DNA of 64,000 nt from Promethearchaeota archaeon (GCA_048938855.1 JBHLLT010000001.1:352124-416123), one strand, 5' to 3'; shown: positions 30,204 to 41,230, counted from the stretch's first letter. Program-made: numbers and translations. Notes: generated by a model from the letters alone, not told the origin.

Positions 30204-30917
30204 ATGGAAAAAATTACTTTAAGTGACTATAAGGGAATAATTTTTGATTTAGATGGTGTAATTTATGATATTACTGAAGCTATAAAGAAAGCGGTAGACG
30301 ATGGTATTGAAAAATATCAATTGGAGAATATAAATCGTGATGACGTAATGGAGGAAATTGCTCATCTAATTGAAGAGATACAAAATTATCCTGTCCCTAA
30401 AATACTCTTAAATTCCTTTGAATTACTACAAGTAAAATTCCTTGAAGGACTTAGTTTTTTCAAGAAATTACGTATCGCTATTTTCTTATTCAACCAATTC
30501 AATAAATATAAGGAGGAAGAATCAACTCTTTTTAAAGGAGTCGATAAATTAATATCAAAGTTGGCTAAAAATGTGAAACTAGCAATATTAACAAATAATA
30601 AAAGCCAATACGCAGAGGAAGTACTAGAAAAATTTAATATCTCAGAATTTTTCGATTTAATAATAGGATTTAATGATGTAACAGAAGTTAAACCTAATCC
30701 CGAAGGCATCATAAAAATTCTTGATAAATGGAATTTGAAACCTTCCGATGCCATATTTATAGGAGATATGACTACAGATGTAGATGCTGGGAAAGCTGCT
30801 AAAGTTAAAATGATATGCGTTGCAAGCGGTTTAGCTCAAAAGCAAACATTACTCGAACATAAACCGGATATCTTAGTTGACAATACTGAAAGTCTAATTG
30901 AAATTTTCAACTTCTGA
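30204..30917 (+). CDS. HAD-IA hydrolase (phosphoglycolate phosphatase-like)
   Basis: IFDLDG, LTN, KPNP, IGDMTTD motifs. Confidence 0.9.
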   Translation: MEKITLSDYKGIIFDLDGVIYDITEAIKKAVDDGIEKYQLENINRDDVMEEIAHLIEEIQNYPVPKILLNSFELLQVKFLEGLSFFKKLRIAIFLFNQFNKYKEEESTLFKGVDKLISKLAKNVKLAILTNNKSQYAEEVLEKFNISEFFDLIIGFNDVTEVKPNPEGIIKILDKWNLKPSDAIFIGDMTTDVDAGKAAKVKMICVASGLAQKQTLLEHKPDILVDNTESLIEIFNF

Positions 30918-31050
30918 ACCTATACTGTTTCTGAAAATATACTGATTTTGGTATTCTCTTCCTATTTATAACAAAAAGTTTTAGAAATGCTTAAAAGATC
31001 TTATTTTTACTATATAAAAAAGAATTATTAGAAAATATAATTCAGAGAAA

Positions 31051-31605
31051 ATGAGCAATAAAGCTTTTGGGTTTAAGATTGTTGTTGTGGGAGATGCAGC
31101 AGTTGGTAAAACTTCATTAATTAAAAGATATACAACAAATACGTTTGAAAAAGATTATATCTCTACCTTAGGGATGCAATTTTCAAGATATGAGGAAACA
31201 ATAAGCGGGATAATGGTTGAATTGTTTTTATGGGATTTAGCCGGGCAAGAATCATTTGCTACGCTACGTGATAGATTTTATAAAGGAAGTAGAGGTGCTA
31301 TTATTGTGTTTTCTCTTACTCCTGAAGAAATTGAATCTTATCATCATATTGATAATTGGTTAAGACATATAAAAGATGCTTGTGGGAATATACCAATAGT
31401 ATTATTTGGAAATAAGGCTGATTTAGTCGATCAAAATGCACTAGCATCTAGTCCTAATTATGAAACTTCAGATGTTCATGTTCAGAAATTTGCACAAGAT
31501 CGTAATATCAGTGAATATTTCAGAACAAGTGCTTTAACTGGACAAGGAGTTACAGAAGCATTTCAAACCTTAGTGAGGAAATTATATCATCGCGTAACGC
31601 GATAA
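31051..31605 (+). CDS. Rab-like small GTPase (tandem copy 1)
   Basis: GDAAVGKT, TLG, WDLAGQ, NKAD, TSAL. Confidence 0.93.
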   Translation: MSNKAFGFKIVVVGDAAVGKTSLIKRYTTNTFEKDYISTLGMQFSRYEETISGIMVELFLWDLAGQESFATLRDRFYKGSRGAIIVFSLTPEEIESYHHIDNWLRHIKDACGNIPIVLFGNKADLVDQNALASSPNYETSDVHVQKFAQDRNISEYFRTSALTGQGVTEAFQTLVRKLYHRVTR

Positions 31606-31811
31606 CAAATTCTCAAATTGCTCTTATCTTTTTATATTTAAGTTAAATCTAATTTTATATCGCCTTGTATATTGAGATAATATATTCTTTTTAATTTTAG
31701 GAGTATAGATCATTCATCGAATTAATGCTGATTAATACATTGTAAAAATTTAAAATATCTGATTTTTACTATTTAAAAAAGGAAATTAGTCATAAAGGTA
31801 GATTAAGCAAA

Positions 31812-32378
31812 ATGGCTGGTGAAGGATATGGTTTTAAAATTACCATAATAGGAGATGGCGGAGTAGGAAAAACATCCTTGATTAAAAAATATACCCAAGG
31901 AACTTTTCAGAAGGAGTACTTAGCAACATTGGGAACTCAATTTTCAAAATATGAAGAAGAAATTGACGGTGAGAAAGTTACTTTATTTCTTTGGGATATC
32001 GCAGGGCAAGATTCATTTGAAGCGTTACGTCAAAGGTTCTATACTGGTAGTAGCGGAGGAATTATCGTTTTTTCTCACGCTCCAGATCAAATTGAGAGTT
32101 ATCGTGGTGTTAATAAATGGATTAATGATCTTCAAACACATTGTGGAAACATTCCAATAGTGTTATTTGGAAATAAAGTAGACTTAGTTGATGATGGAGA
32201 ATTAGCCTCAAATCCAAATTTACCAACTTCTGATGCCATTGTTGATCAATTTGCGAAACAAAATAGATTTGTTGGATACTATAAAACGAGTGCTTTAACT
32301 GGCCAAGGAGTAACTGATGCTTTTAAAGCACTTGTAAGAAAACTGTATATGATTGCAAAAGTATCAAACTACACCTAA
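31812..32378 (+). CDS. Rab-like small GTPase (tandem copy 2)
   Basis: GDGGVGKT, TLG, WDIAGQ, NKVD, TSAL. Confidence 0.93.
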   Translation: MAGEGYGFKITIIGDGGVGKTSLIKKYTQGTFQKEYLATLGTQFSKYEEEIDGEKVTLFLWDIAGQDSFEALRQRFYTGSSGGIIVFSHAPDQIESYRGVNKWINDLQTHCGNIPIVLFGNKVDLVDDGELASNPNLPTSDAIVDQFAKQNRFVGYYKTSALTGQGVTDAFKALVRKLYMIAKVSNYT

Positions 32379-32425
32379 ATTTAGCTATAACTATAATTTT
32401 ATTAAAAAAAGTATCAAAAAAAAAA

Positions 32426-34678
32426 TTAGGTCCTTTTGTAAATAAACCTTTCCCAACTCTTCTTGGAAGGCATTTCTTCGGGCATTCCTTTTCTCTTGCG
32501 AATTTCCATAATAAGGCTCTCTTCCATGGACCCTGGTACCTTTTCAAATCCTAAAAACTCGTAACCGAAAAATGCTCTCCCTTGAGTCGAACCCCTAATG
32601 TCATCCGCTATTCCAATGGTTTCAGCGGCCGGAATCTGTCCTTGGATTCTCACGTATTCTCCTTCTGGAATTACATTTGTTATTCGCCCACGTCTTTTTG
32701 TTACTATTGTTGAGACACTTCCTTCAGTTCCTTGCGGTGATTTTACATCAATTCTTTGGATTGGCTCAAAAAGATGTGGTTTTGCGTCCAACATGGCTAA
32801 GGAAACAGCAGAGAAGAACATACCGGCAATCTGCCCATATTGCGTATGGCGTGGGTCTTCATGGATTGTCATGTCTGTAAATACTATTTTGATTCCTGTA
32901 GCTGGTTCTTTAGCAATAATACAATTCCCAACCCAATCCCTAAAAGCAGCGCTTAAATAAGATTTCACTCGGTCAAATCTTTGTAGTCCAGTTGCACCAT
33001 TCACCAAAGCACATCCTTGATATACATCAACAATACGTCTAGCTTCTTTAGCGTCCCATCCGGCTTCATCTCTGAGTATTTGAGCTCTGTCTTTTTCATT
33101 TTGTAAATCATTAACTTTTCCTGTTTCGATTAAATGTTCAGTTGTTTCATCCAATGGCTCGATATATAAAAGGATTCGATTATGTGTATTTGCCGATTTC
33201 GTATAATAATCAGGACTTTTTTCTGTAATTTTTTCTCGATAAACAATAATGGGTTCTCCAATATTAATTTGAACTTGATTATTTATCCTTTTTACTAAAA
33301 TTTCTATCTGTAATGGATCGATTCCAGATAAAATAAACTCTCCTGACTCTTCATCCCTTCTATATTCTGCTGTTGGATCTGCTTTCAGCCACTTGCTTAC
33401 AACTTCATCTAATTTATCAATTTCATGTGGATCTTTCGGTTTTATACTCCTTGAAACGACCGCTTCACACGCATAATGAATTTTTTCAAATGAAGGTAAT
33501 CTCTTTCTTTCTTCTTTATCCTTAGGTATATCATTTGTTAACATAAATGTCTCACCAGAGGGACAAATAAAACCGAATAAAGCGAAGAGATTTCCTGCAG
33601 GAATCTTAGGTATATCTAAAATATCTGTAATTTCCATAACACCCAATCTTTTCACTCTATTGCTTGAATCACTATTTATAAGATAAATTGAATCAGTCTG
33701 ATCAAAAGTTCCAGAAAAAACACGACCAATTAGTGTTGCTTGGTAATTTCTTTTAGGATCGAGAAATATTTTTGTAATCATACCGTATAGAGGTCCATTA
33801 GGATCGCTTTTTTGGAGTGACTGTCCAAGTTCAGAATTTAAATTGTGATCCCAAATATGAGGGATTCTATACTTAGAAGCCGTAATAGGATCAGGAAGAT
33901 GATCAACAATCATTCTTAACATTGGTTCATCTAAAGGTAGATTATCTCTTAACCATTGAATATCCCCTTCATTATACTTTTCAAAAACGTCTTGAGGCTT
34001 CAAGTCCTTTTCAAGTAAAATTTCATAGGTAAAACCCCATCCATGCTTCGCTGAACCAACGGCAACGGAATTTTTGGCAAAATCAATACTCCAATCCGAT
34101 CCTTCTGGCCTTACCTTTTTGATTAAATCATTCACTTCTCTTGTGATTTTATCGATTTTTGCGAATGTTTCCTGAGGACTGAGTTTTAATTCACTAATCA
34201 ATCTGTCGACTTTATTTATGAAGAGGACAGGTTTACAGTATTCTTCACCAACAGATAACCTAATATTAGTTTCTGTTTGAGTCATGACGCCTTCAAGTGC
34301 ATCCACTAATACTATAGCACCATCACTGCCTCTTAAAGCTCTTGATACTTCTCCTGTAAAACTTATATGACCAGGCGTATCATTTAGCTGAATGATGTAA
34401 GGCTCTTCATCATCAGGTTTTCTTGGGTCATTGAATGCGAGGAGGACAACACTAGTGAATATTGTTATTCCGCGCTCTTGCTCTTCATCATCACTGTCGG
34501 TCATCTGTAGTTGACCAGCATCTTCAGGCCTCATAAGTCCAGCTCTCCGCAATAAGTAATCTGTGGCAGTAGTTTTACCATGATCGATATGAGCGGTTAT
34601 ACTAAAGATTCTTTTTTTCTCATAGGAACCCTCAGTGACCAATTTTGCTATTGTCTCGGGGTTTTTCACTTTAACCAT
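32426..34678 (-). CDS. fusA: Archaeal elongation factor 2 family protein (aEF-2 or paralog) with altered diphthamide loop
   Basis: AHIDHGKTT, ERGITI, DTPGH, NKVD; domain IV/V; IRKRKG C-terminus. Confidence 0.9.
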   Translation of the reverse strand: MVKVKNPETIAKLVTEGSYEKKRIFSITAHIDHGKTTATDYLLRRAGLMRPEDAGQLQMTDSDDEEQERGITIFTSVVLLAFNDPRKPDDEEPYIIQLNDTPGHISFTGEVSRALRGSDGAIVLVDALEGVMTQTETNIRLSVGEEYCKPVLFINKVDRLISELKLSPQETFAKIDKITREVNDLIKKVRPEGSDWSIDFAKNSVAVGSAKHGWGFTYEILLEKDLKPQDVFEKYNEGDIQWLRDNLPLDEPMLRMIVDHLPDPITASKYRIPHIWDHNLNSELGQSLQKSDPNGPLYGMITKIFLDPKRNYQATLIGRVFSGTFDQTDSIYLINSDSSNRVKRLGVMEITDILDIPKIPAGNLFALFGFICPSGETFMLTNDIPKDKEERKRLPSFEKIHYACEAVVSRSIKPKDPHEIDKLDEVVSKWLKADPTAEYRRDEESGEFILSGIDPLQIEILVKRINNQVQINIGEPIIVYREKITEKSPDYYTKSANTHNRILLYIEPLDETTEHLIETGKVNDLQNEKDRAQILRDEAGWDAKEARRIVDVYQGCALVNGATGLQRFDRVKSYLSAAFRDWVGNCIIAKEPATGIKIVFTDMTIHEDPRHTQYGQIAGMFFSAVSLAMLDAKPHLFEPIQRIDVKSPQGTEGSVSTIVTKRRGRITNVIPEGEYVRIQGQIPAAETIGIADDIRGSTQGRAFFGYEFLGFEKVPGSMEESLIMEIRKRKGMPEEMPSKKSWERFIYKRT

Positions 34679-34743
34679 AATATATTCACGTTGTATTAAT
34701 TAAATTTAATTCTCATGTTATAATTGAGGAAAAGAATACAAGA

Positions 34744-34764
34744 AATCATAAAAGTTTTATGATT
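34744..34764. promoter_or_regulatory. Perfect 10-1-10 palindrome upstream of the EF-2 gene (candidate operator)
   Basis: AATCATAAAA-G-TTTTATGATT, 66-86 nt upstream of the EF-2 start. Confidence 0.4.
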
Positions 34765-34830
34765 CTAATAAAAAAATTAACTTATTCATAAATAAAATAA
34801 ATATAATGCATTCTTGGATTTTTAATAAGA

Positions 34831-36288
34831 TTAGATATACAGAGGAAGGATTATAGCTTTTAATATATTTATTGTTTTTTTTCCGGAGGAAGTAATAGCA
34901 TCAAAAGAATTTGAGCAATTGATAATTTCAAAATTGTCTGGAATCTTATTTTTTATAAATTGAGTTAAGAAATCATAGAAATTATTAAATTCTCTTGAAG
35001 TTTCTACCCATAAATAGCCGTCTTTTTCAAAATAAGATGGATTTTTTCGTTTAAAATTATTGGAATGAATTTTTTCTTCAATTGGAGGCCCCCTACGTAT
35101 ATAATTATCAGAGATGTAAGGTTTTTCACAATAGAATGCGAGATTATATTGGTTATTTTCATCTTCAAAATATGATTCAAAAATTATCTTTCCAAATCGA
35201 TCAGTATGAGAAAACTCTTTTTCACCATTAGCTTTAATACTGTCTCCTAAAGAATAGAGTTTATCTCTATTTATAGTATAGTGGATTTTATGGTCTGTAT
35301 TTAGTAATTCTAGTATGAATATTTTAGAAAGTAATGGATCTTCTTTACTTTTTAAACTAACTTCTGGAATTGGTTTAATTGTAAAAAATCCTGGGTCTGG
35401 ATTTTTTAAAAATTCACTAATTTGTTGATTGCAGTATTTATATGCTCTCTCAGATATTGATGATGCCACATTTCGATTTTTGTCTATAGGATCTATTATG
35501 ATAAGATAATCATTTTGAAAATGGACAATCTCGCTCAATTCTTTTTTACTTCTGTTATAGTAGTCTAATGGTTTTTCACATAACTCATTAAAATTCTCAA
35601 AAAGGTCTTTAAGGTTATTATAATAATAAATTAATAATTCAGCGCTATAACCTATAAAACCAACTTTACCTACTGCACTCTTATCACCATAACTATGACA
35701 AGCTTTAAAAAATTGTTTTAACAGTCGGACTTCATTTTTTTGTTGAGGCGTTAACTTAATTCTAACAAAATCACCATGCCAAGGTGATCTATCAACTGCG
35801 GTAATTGGCCCATTTTTCTTAATATATTCTAAATCTAATTCGAAATATAACACAATATCAATTTTAACTTTTTTATCTTTTGAAATGTAATCGACTGTAA
35901 CGTATGGATGTTCTGCATATAAAAGACGAGGATTATGGAATTCATCTAAAGTTAAGCTTTGAAGAATCCAATTATTACATAATGACAAAAAGTCTTTTTT
36001 TGACTCGACTTTTAATTTATTTCTACTCAAACCTTGATATTTAGATTTATAATGCTTATAATCTAATCCAATAAAATAATCAATATCAAAATCATTGCGT
36101 AATTGAGTTTGTTTAATTCCAGTCGAGCCTTGTGGTTCCATTCGCTTAAATTTTATTCCTAATTTATCAGCTCTTTTCTCTAATAATTTCCTTAGTTTCT
36201 CAGTTATTCCATTTATTAATTCCAGTTCTTCATTTGTTGGAATTATTCTGCTTAAAACTTCTTCAAAAATTTCATTGATTGAATTCAT
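34831..36288 (-). CDS. cca: Archaeal class I CCA-adding enzyme (tRNA nucleotidyltransferase)
   Basis: GS..K.T.L..DFDID, YAEHPY, TAVDRSPWH, GFIGYSAELL, IDPIDKNRNVAS. Confidence 0.92.
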   Translation of the reverse strand: MNSINEIFEEVLSRIIPTNEELELINGITEKLRKLLEKRADKLGIKFKRMEPQGSTGIKQTQLRNDFDIDYFIGLDYKHYKSKYQGLSRNKLKVESKKDFLSLCNNWILQSLTLDEFHNPRLLYAEHPYVTVDYISKDKKVKIDIVLYFELDLEYIKKNGPITAVDRSPWHGDFVRIKLTPQQKNEVRLLKQFFKACHSYGDKSAVGKVGFIGYSAELLIYYYNNLKDLFENFNELCEKPLDYYNRSKKELSEIVHFQNDYLIIIDPIDKNRNVASSISERAYKYCNQQISEFLKNPDPGFFTIKPIPEVSLKSKEDPLLSKIFILELLNTDHKIHYTINRDKLYSLGDSIKANGEKEFSHTDRFGKIIFESYFEDENNQYNLAFYCEKPYISDNYIRRGPPIEEKIHSNNFKRKNPSYFEKDGYLWVETSREFNNFYDFLTQFIKNKIPDNFEIINCSNSFDAITSSGKKTINILKAIILPLYI

Positions 36289-36395
36289 TTAATTAATATG
36301 ATTACAGTAAATTAATATTATTAATTCTTTTTTTCTATTGAATTTTAATTTTAATTTGTAAGGAATCTCGTTTAAGAGATTAATATATGAAAATA

Positions 36396-38198
36396 CTACA
36401 TGCCCCACCAAGGATGCGTTGTCTTACGCATTAAAGTAATAAATTCTCTAAGAGCCTGTTTTTGATCTGTGGTTAATTCATCAATAAATTTTCCCATTAG
36501 TTGCCTTACATGAGATTCAGGAACTAAAACAAATAAGGTTTCATCTTTTTCTAAATCTCGCCCAATTTCGATACCACGAATAGAAATAGCTACTTCTGAA
36601 TCTTTAGGTGCTTTATCTAGTGTCTGTCCTTTATCTTGGATTTGATGTACTCTTCTAACTCGTTTGCCTTTATCAGTAATTAATTGAACTTTTGGATATA
36701 AAGTCCCTGCTTCGACGTAAACTCCAAAAACAGCAGGATCTGAATTTCGAAATATAAATTCAGGAAACATTTTAATTTTAGCGGGTAAAATCAGCTCACT
36801 TAAACCTTTTGCGGTATCTTCTGCTTTTCTAGTTTCTGCATATTCTATATAATCCTCTAATAATCGATAGATTACATTATTAGTGAAGATCCTGATGTTA
36901 TCCTTAATAGCTTGTTCATTGGCTTCAGGTAAAATGGGTACATTAAAACCTAGTACTGTTGCAGAATATGGATCCAACTGTTTTACTATATTTGCATTAA
37001 TAATATCTTCTTTCTTTATCGGACCTACATCAGCTATGCTAATTTTTACTCCATTTTTAGTAAAATGATTTTCAAGAGCTTCAAGAGAACCTAAAGTATC
37101 CGCTTTTAATACGACCCCAGCTTTCTCAGTTTTTATCCTAATACTTTCTACTTCAGATTCAATTTCGCTATAGATTTGATCTTCTTCAGAGGGATCCATT
37201 ATTCCTCTAAACGGAGAACCGGCTACCACATCTTCGATATTTGGAGCAAGAATTTTAATACCCGCAGCGGCACTTATAGTATCAACAGAATCAAATTTTT
37301 GTCTTGGATCTCGAATTTCATCTAAAGGCTTTGGTATTAGTAATGCTCTTACTTTAGATTTAATAGGTTTTTCTAAACCACCAACAATAAACTCGTCCCC
37401 TTTATTAATAAGTCCGTCATAAATAAGAACATCCATAGTTTTTCCCTGACCCTTTTCTTTCTTAACTTCTAATACAACTCCTTTAGCGGATCCTTCAGAA
37501 TACTTAAGATTTGTAGTTAAATATTGTTGAACTAATCCCATCAAAATCATGAGAAGTGTCGATATTCCTTCACCTGTTTTTCCACTTGTTGGTACTATTG
37601 CTATTTTTTTAGTAAAATCTTTTATTTTATCATAGCGATCAATTCCCTTAAAACCCTCTTCTAAAAAGTTACCTACAATCTGTAATAGCTTTTCATCTAA
37701 AAAATCTTTTACATGCGGCTTTTGAAAATTATAGGAATCAAGAAAATCAGCATCTGTTTTTGATTTCCATCCTGAAATTCTATCTATCTTATTTGCTGCA
37801 ATTACAAATGGTGTTTTCCTTTCTCGTAGTATCCTAACAGATTCCCAAGTTATTGGCATTGTCCCCGCTGTAACATCTATTACTAGAATTGCTATATCAG
37901 CTACAGCACCGCCTCTTTTTCTCAGATTTAGAAAGGCTGCGTGGCCTGGAGTATCTACAACTAAAATACCAGGAAGTTTAATTTCTTTTTCAGCAAATTC
38001 TTGTTTAGATTTTTTCAAAAATTCTCTGATATCTTTAGTTGGGAAATAAGAAGCACCTATATGTTGTGTAATTCCTGCAGCTTCTCTTTGCTGTACTACT
38101 GTACCTCTTATATAATCTAGGATAGTCGTTTTACCATGGTCAATATGACCAAGTATACACACAATCGGTGCTCTAATTATTTTGTTTTCTTCAGTCAT
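36396..38198 (-). CDS. infB: Translation initiation factor aIF5B/IF-2
   Basis: GHIDHGKT, GITQHIGA, DTPGH, NKID, KADTLGSLEAL, FRNSDPA. Confidence 0.96.
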   Translation of the reverse strand: MTEENKIIRAPIVCILGHIDHGKTTILDYIRGTVVQQREAAGITQHIGASYFPTKDIREFLKKSKQEFAEKEIKLPGILVVDTPGHAAFLNLRKRGGAVADIAILVIDVTAGTMPITWESVRILRERKTPFVIAANKIDRISGWKSKTDADFLDSYNFQKPHVKDFLDEKLLQIVGNFLEEGFKGIDRYDKIKDFTKKIAIVPTSGKTGEGISTLLMILMGLVQQYLTTNLKYSEGSAKGVVLEVKKEKGQGKTMDVLIYDGLINKGDEFIVGGLEKPIKSKVRALLIPKPLDEIRDPRQKFDSVDTISAAAGIKILAPNIEDVVAGSPFRGIMDPSEEDQIYSEIESEVESIRIKTEKAGVVLKADTLGSLEALENHFTKNGVKISIADVGPIKKEDIINANIVKQLDPYSATVLGFNVPILPEANEQAIKDNIRIFTNNVIYRLLEDYIEYAETRKAEDTAKGLSELILPAKIKMFPEFIFRNSDPAVFGVYVEAGTLYPKVQLITDKGKRVRRVHQIQDKGQTLDKAPKDSEVAISIRGIEIGRDLEKDETLFVLVPESHVRQLMGKFIDELTTDQKQALREFITLMRKTTHPWWGM

Positions 38199-38317
38199 TT
38201 TAAATCACAAATCTAATTTGATGATTTCGAAAAAACTTTCACTTATAATAAAATTATTTTCTATAAGTTTAGAATTTTATTTTAAAACTTTAAAAAAAAT
38301 CTAAGACATTTGAAATA

Positions 38318-41191
38318 TTAATTCTTATTGAGGTATGGTTTTAAATATTGCGCAGTAAAAGAATGACTTTTTTTAACAATTTCTTCAGGAGATCCCATTA
38401 CCACAATATTACCTCCTTTCTCACCGCCTTCAGGACCCAGATCAATAATATAATCTGTAGATTTTATTATATCCATATTGTGTTCAATTATAATTACTGT
38501 ATTACCTTTATCAACTAATTTTTGAAGAACTTTAAGTAAATAATTAATATCGAAAGAACTTAATCCTGTTGTAGGCTCATCTAAGATATAAAGAGTATTT
38601 CCTGTACTCGTTTTTCTTAATTCTCTAGCGATTTTTAACCGTTGGGACTCTCCCCCACTTAGAGTGGTGGAAGATTGACCTAATTCTAAATAACCTAAGC
38701 CTACATCTACCACTGTTTTTATAGTACGTTTTAAATTCGGAATTTTGTCAAAAAATTCTAAAGCTTGATGAAAGGTCATCTTAAGAACATCATAAATTGA
38801 TTTGCTATGATATTTAATTTCTAAAGTTTCAGCATTGTATCTTTTACCCTTACATAAATCACATTTTATATAAACGTCCGGCAAAAAATACATTTCTTTT
38901 AGGATATATCCTGTTCCCTTGCACTTTTTGCAATGCCCAGAGGTAGTATTAAAACTAAATCTTCCTTTATTATAACCTCGTTCTTTAGCTTCCGGTAATC
39001 CAGCAAAAATTTCCCTGATATAATCAAGCGCTTTTGTATAAGTAGCAGGGACTGACCGTGGAGTTCTTCCGATAGGAGATTGGTCAATATTAATAATTTT
39101 ATCTATTTTTTCATATCCTTTTATTTTATCAAATTTACCTTCGGTAACTTTGGAACTCCTAGTATTTATTAAATTATGAAGTCCATTATGTAAACAATCA
39201 ATTATAAGGCTAGTTTTCCCCGCTCCTGAAACTCCAGTTATACAAGTGAAAATCCCTAACGGTATTTTAACATCAATGCCTTTTAAATTATTTTCTTTAG
39301 CCCCTAATACTTCAATGAACTCATTATTTACCTTTCGTCTAATTTTTGGCAGAACAATTTTTCTTTTTCCTGATAAATATTCTCCTGTTAATGATTTCGA
39401 ATTAAGTATTTCTTCAATAGGCCCTTCAGCAACGATTTCACCTCCATTTTCTCCTGCTAATGGCCCTAAATCTATTATATGATCGGCACTGCGCATTATT
39501 GCTTCATCATGTTCAACTACTATTACTGTATTTCCTAAATCCCTTAACTTTTTTAACATATCAATAAGACGATTAATATCTCTTTGATGAAGTCCTATAC
39601 TAGGTTCATCTAAAACATACAATACTCCTACTAAACTAGAACCTAATTGAGTAGCTAATCTAATTCTCTCAGCTTCTCCTACAGAGAGAGTATCTGAACG
39701 ACGGTTTAATGAAATATAATCTAAACCAACATTTTCAAGAAAAGATAATCTGTTAAATATCTCTTTTAATACTTCTTTAACTATTATCTTTTCAGTTTCA
39801 TTTAATTTAAGTTCTTTAAAAAATTTTAAAGAATCTTTTACTGAGTGTGCTGTTATTTGTGCTATATTGAGATTATTAACTGTTACTGCTAAACTTTCAG
39901 GTTTTAATCTTTGACCATTGCATTGTGGGCAATTTATTCTATTCATAAAACTTTCATAAACATCACGAGCCCATTCAGAACGAGTTTCCATATATCTTCT
40001 ATGCAGGATTGGAATTATACCCTCAAAAGGTCTCACAACTTGCCAAGAAGATTTGAATTCACCATTATAGTTTTTGTATCCATTATTTTCGCTTTTAAAA
40101 TGAAAATCAATTGATTCATTTTCAGAACCAAATAATATTTTTTGTAATTTTTTGGGGTCGATATCCTTGATTGGCGTTTTGTCAGTGTCAAATCCATAAT
40201 GTTTTGCAACTTGAACTATTGTTTGCCATGAATAACCATTGTCAGAACCAAATCCAGGAATGTCTCTAATTGGAGTTTCTTGGATTGGAATATCCATATC
40301 ATTTCCTAATAGCAAACCATAATCAAATTCCATAACTGTTCCTAATCCACTACAATATTTACAACTGCCATGTGGAATGTTAAAAGAAAACATTTTATGA
40401 TCCAATGGAGGAAATGATATCCCACAATCTATACAAGCAAGATGTTCAGAATATATCTGCTCCTTCTCTTCTAATACTTCAACAATTACAAGTCCATCAG
40501 TTAACTTTAACGAAGTTTCGACAGAGTCGGCTAATCTAGATTTAATATCCTTATTCATAACTAATCTATCAATAATAACGTTGATATTATGTTTTACATT
40601 TTTTTCCATTGAGATTTCTTCATCTAAAGTATATTGAATACCATCAACTTCCACTCGTAGATATCCTTGTCTCTTTAAATCTTCTAGAAGCTCTTTATAT
40701 TCTCCCTTTCTGTCTCTTATCACAGGTGCTTTAATAATAAATTTTTGACTTTCCTTGACAGTATCTAAGACTTGTTGGATTATTTGTTGAGGAGTTTGAG
40801 GTTTAATCTCTTTTCCACAATTAGGACAATGTGGAATTCCAATGTTAGCAAATAATAACCTATAGTAATCATAAATCTCAGTTACAGTGCCAACTGTACT
40901 TCTTGGGTTTTTTGATAAGGGTTTTTGCTCAATTGCTATTGCGGGAGATAATCCTTCTATAGAATCTACATCAGGCTTATCCATTTCACCTAAAAATTGT
41001 CTAGCATAACTAGATAATGATTCTAGAAATCTTCGCTGACCCTCAGCATATAATGTATCCATTGCTAGACTACTTTTTCCACTACCACTGATACCTGTAA
41101 TAACCACCAACTTATTTCGTGGAATTACAACATCAATGTTCTTTAAATTATTCTGCCTTGCTCCTTTTATTATTATTGAATTTTCAGTCAT
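38318..41191 (-). CDS. uvrA: Excinuclease ABC subunit A
   Basis: GARQNNLKN, two Walker A sites (GISGSGKS, GVSGAGKT), Zn modules, LSGGESQR. Confidence 0.97.
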   Translation of the reverse strand: MTENSIIIKGARQNNLKNIDVVIPRNKLVVITGISGSGKSSLAMDTLYAEGQRRFLESLSSYARQFLGEMDKPDVDSIEGLSPAIAIEQKPLSKNPRSTVGTVTEIYDYYRLLFANIGIPHCPNCGKEIKPQTPQQIIQQVLDTVKESQKFIIKAPVIRDRKGEYKELLEDLKRQGYLRVEVDGIQYTLDEEISMEKNVKHNINVIIDRLVMNKDIKSRLADSVETSLKLTDGLVIVEVLEEKEQIYSEHLACIDCGISFPPLDHKMFSFNIPHGSCKYCSGLGTVMEFDYGLLLGNDMDIPIQETPIRDIPGFGSDNGYSWQTIVQVAKHYGFDTDKTPIKDIDPKKLQKILFGSENESIDFHFKSENNGYKNYNGEFKSSWQVVRPFEGIIPILHRRYMETRSEWARDVYESFMNRINCPQCNGQRLKPESLAVTVNNLNIAQITAHSVKDSLKFFKELKLNETEKIIVKEVLKEIFNRLSFLENVGLDYISLNRRSDTLSVGEAERIRLATQLGSSLVGVLYVLDEPSIGLHQRDINRLIDMLKKLRDLGNTVIVVEHDEAIMRSADHIIDLGPLAGENGGEIVAEGPIEEILNSKSLTGEYLSGKRKIVLPKIRRKVNNEFIEVLGAKENNLKGIDVKIPLGIFTCITGVSGAGKTSLIIDCLHNGLHNLINTRSSKVTEGKFDKIKGYEKIDKIINIDQSPIGRTPRSVPATYTKALDYIREIFAGLPEAKERGYNKGRFSFNTTSGHCKKCKGTGYILKEMYFLPDVYIKCDLCKGKRYNAETLEIKYHSKSIYDVLKMTFHQALEFFDKIPNLKRTIKTVVDVGLGYLELGQSSTTLSGGESQRLKIARELRKTSTGNTLYILDEPTTGLSSFDINYLLKVLQKLVDKGNTVIIIEHNMDIIKSTDYIIDLGPEGGEKGGNIVVMGSPEEIVKKSHSFTAQYLKPYLNKN

Positions 41192-41230
41192 TCTATACTA
41201 CGATTTTCAATTAAAAGTATTAGAAAAAAT

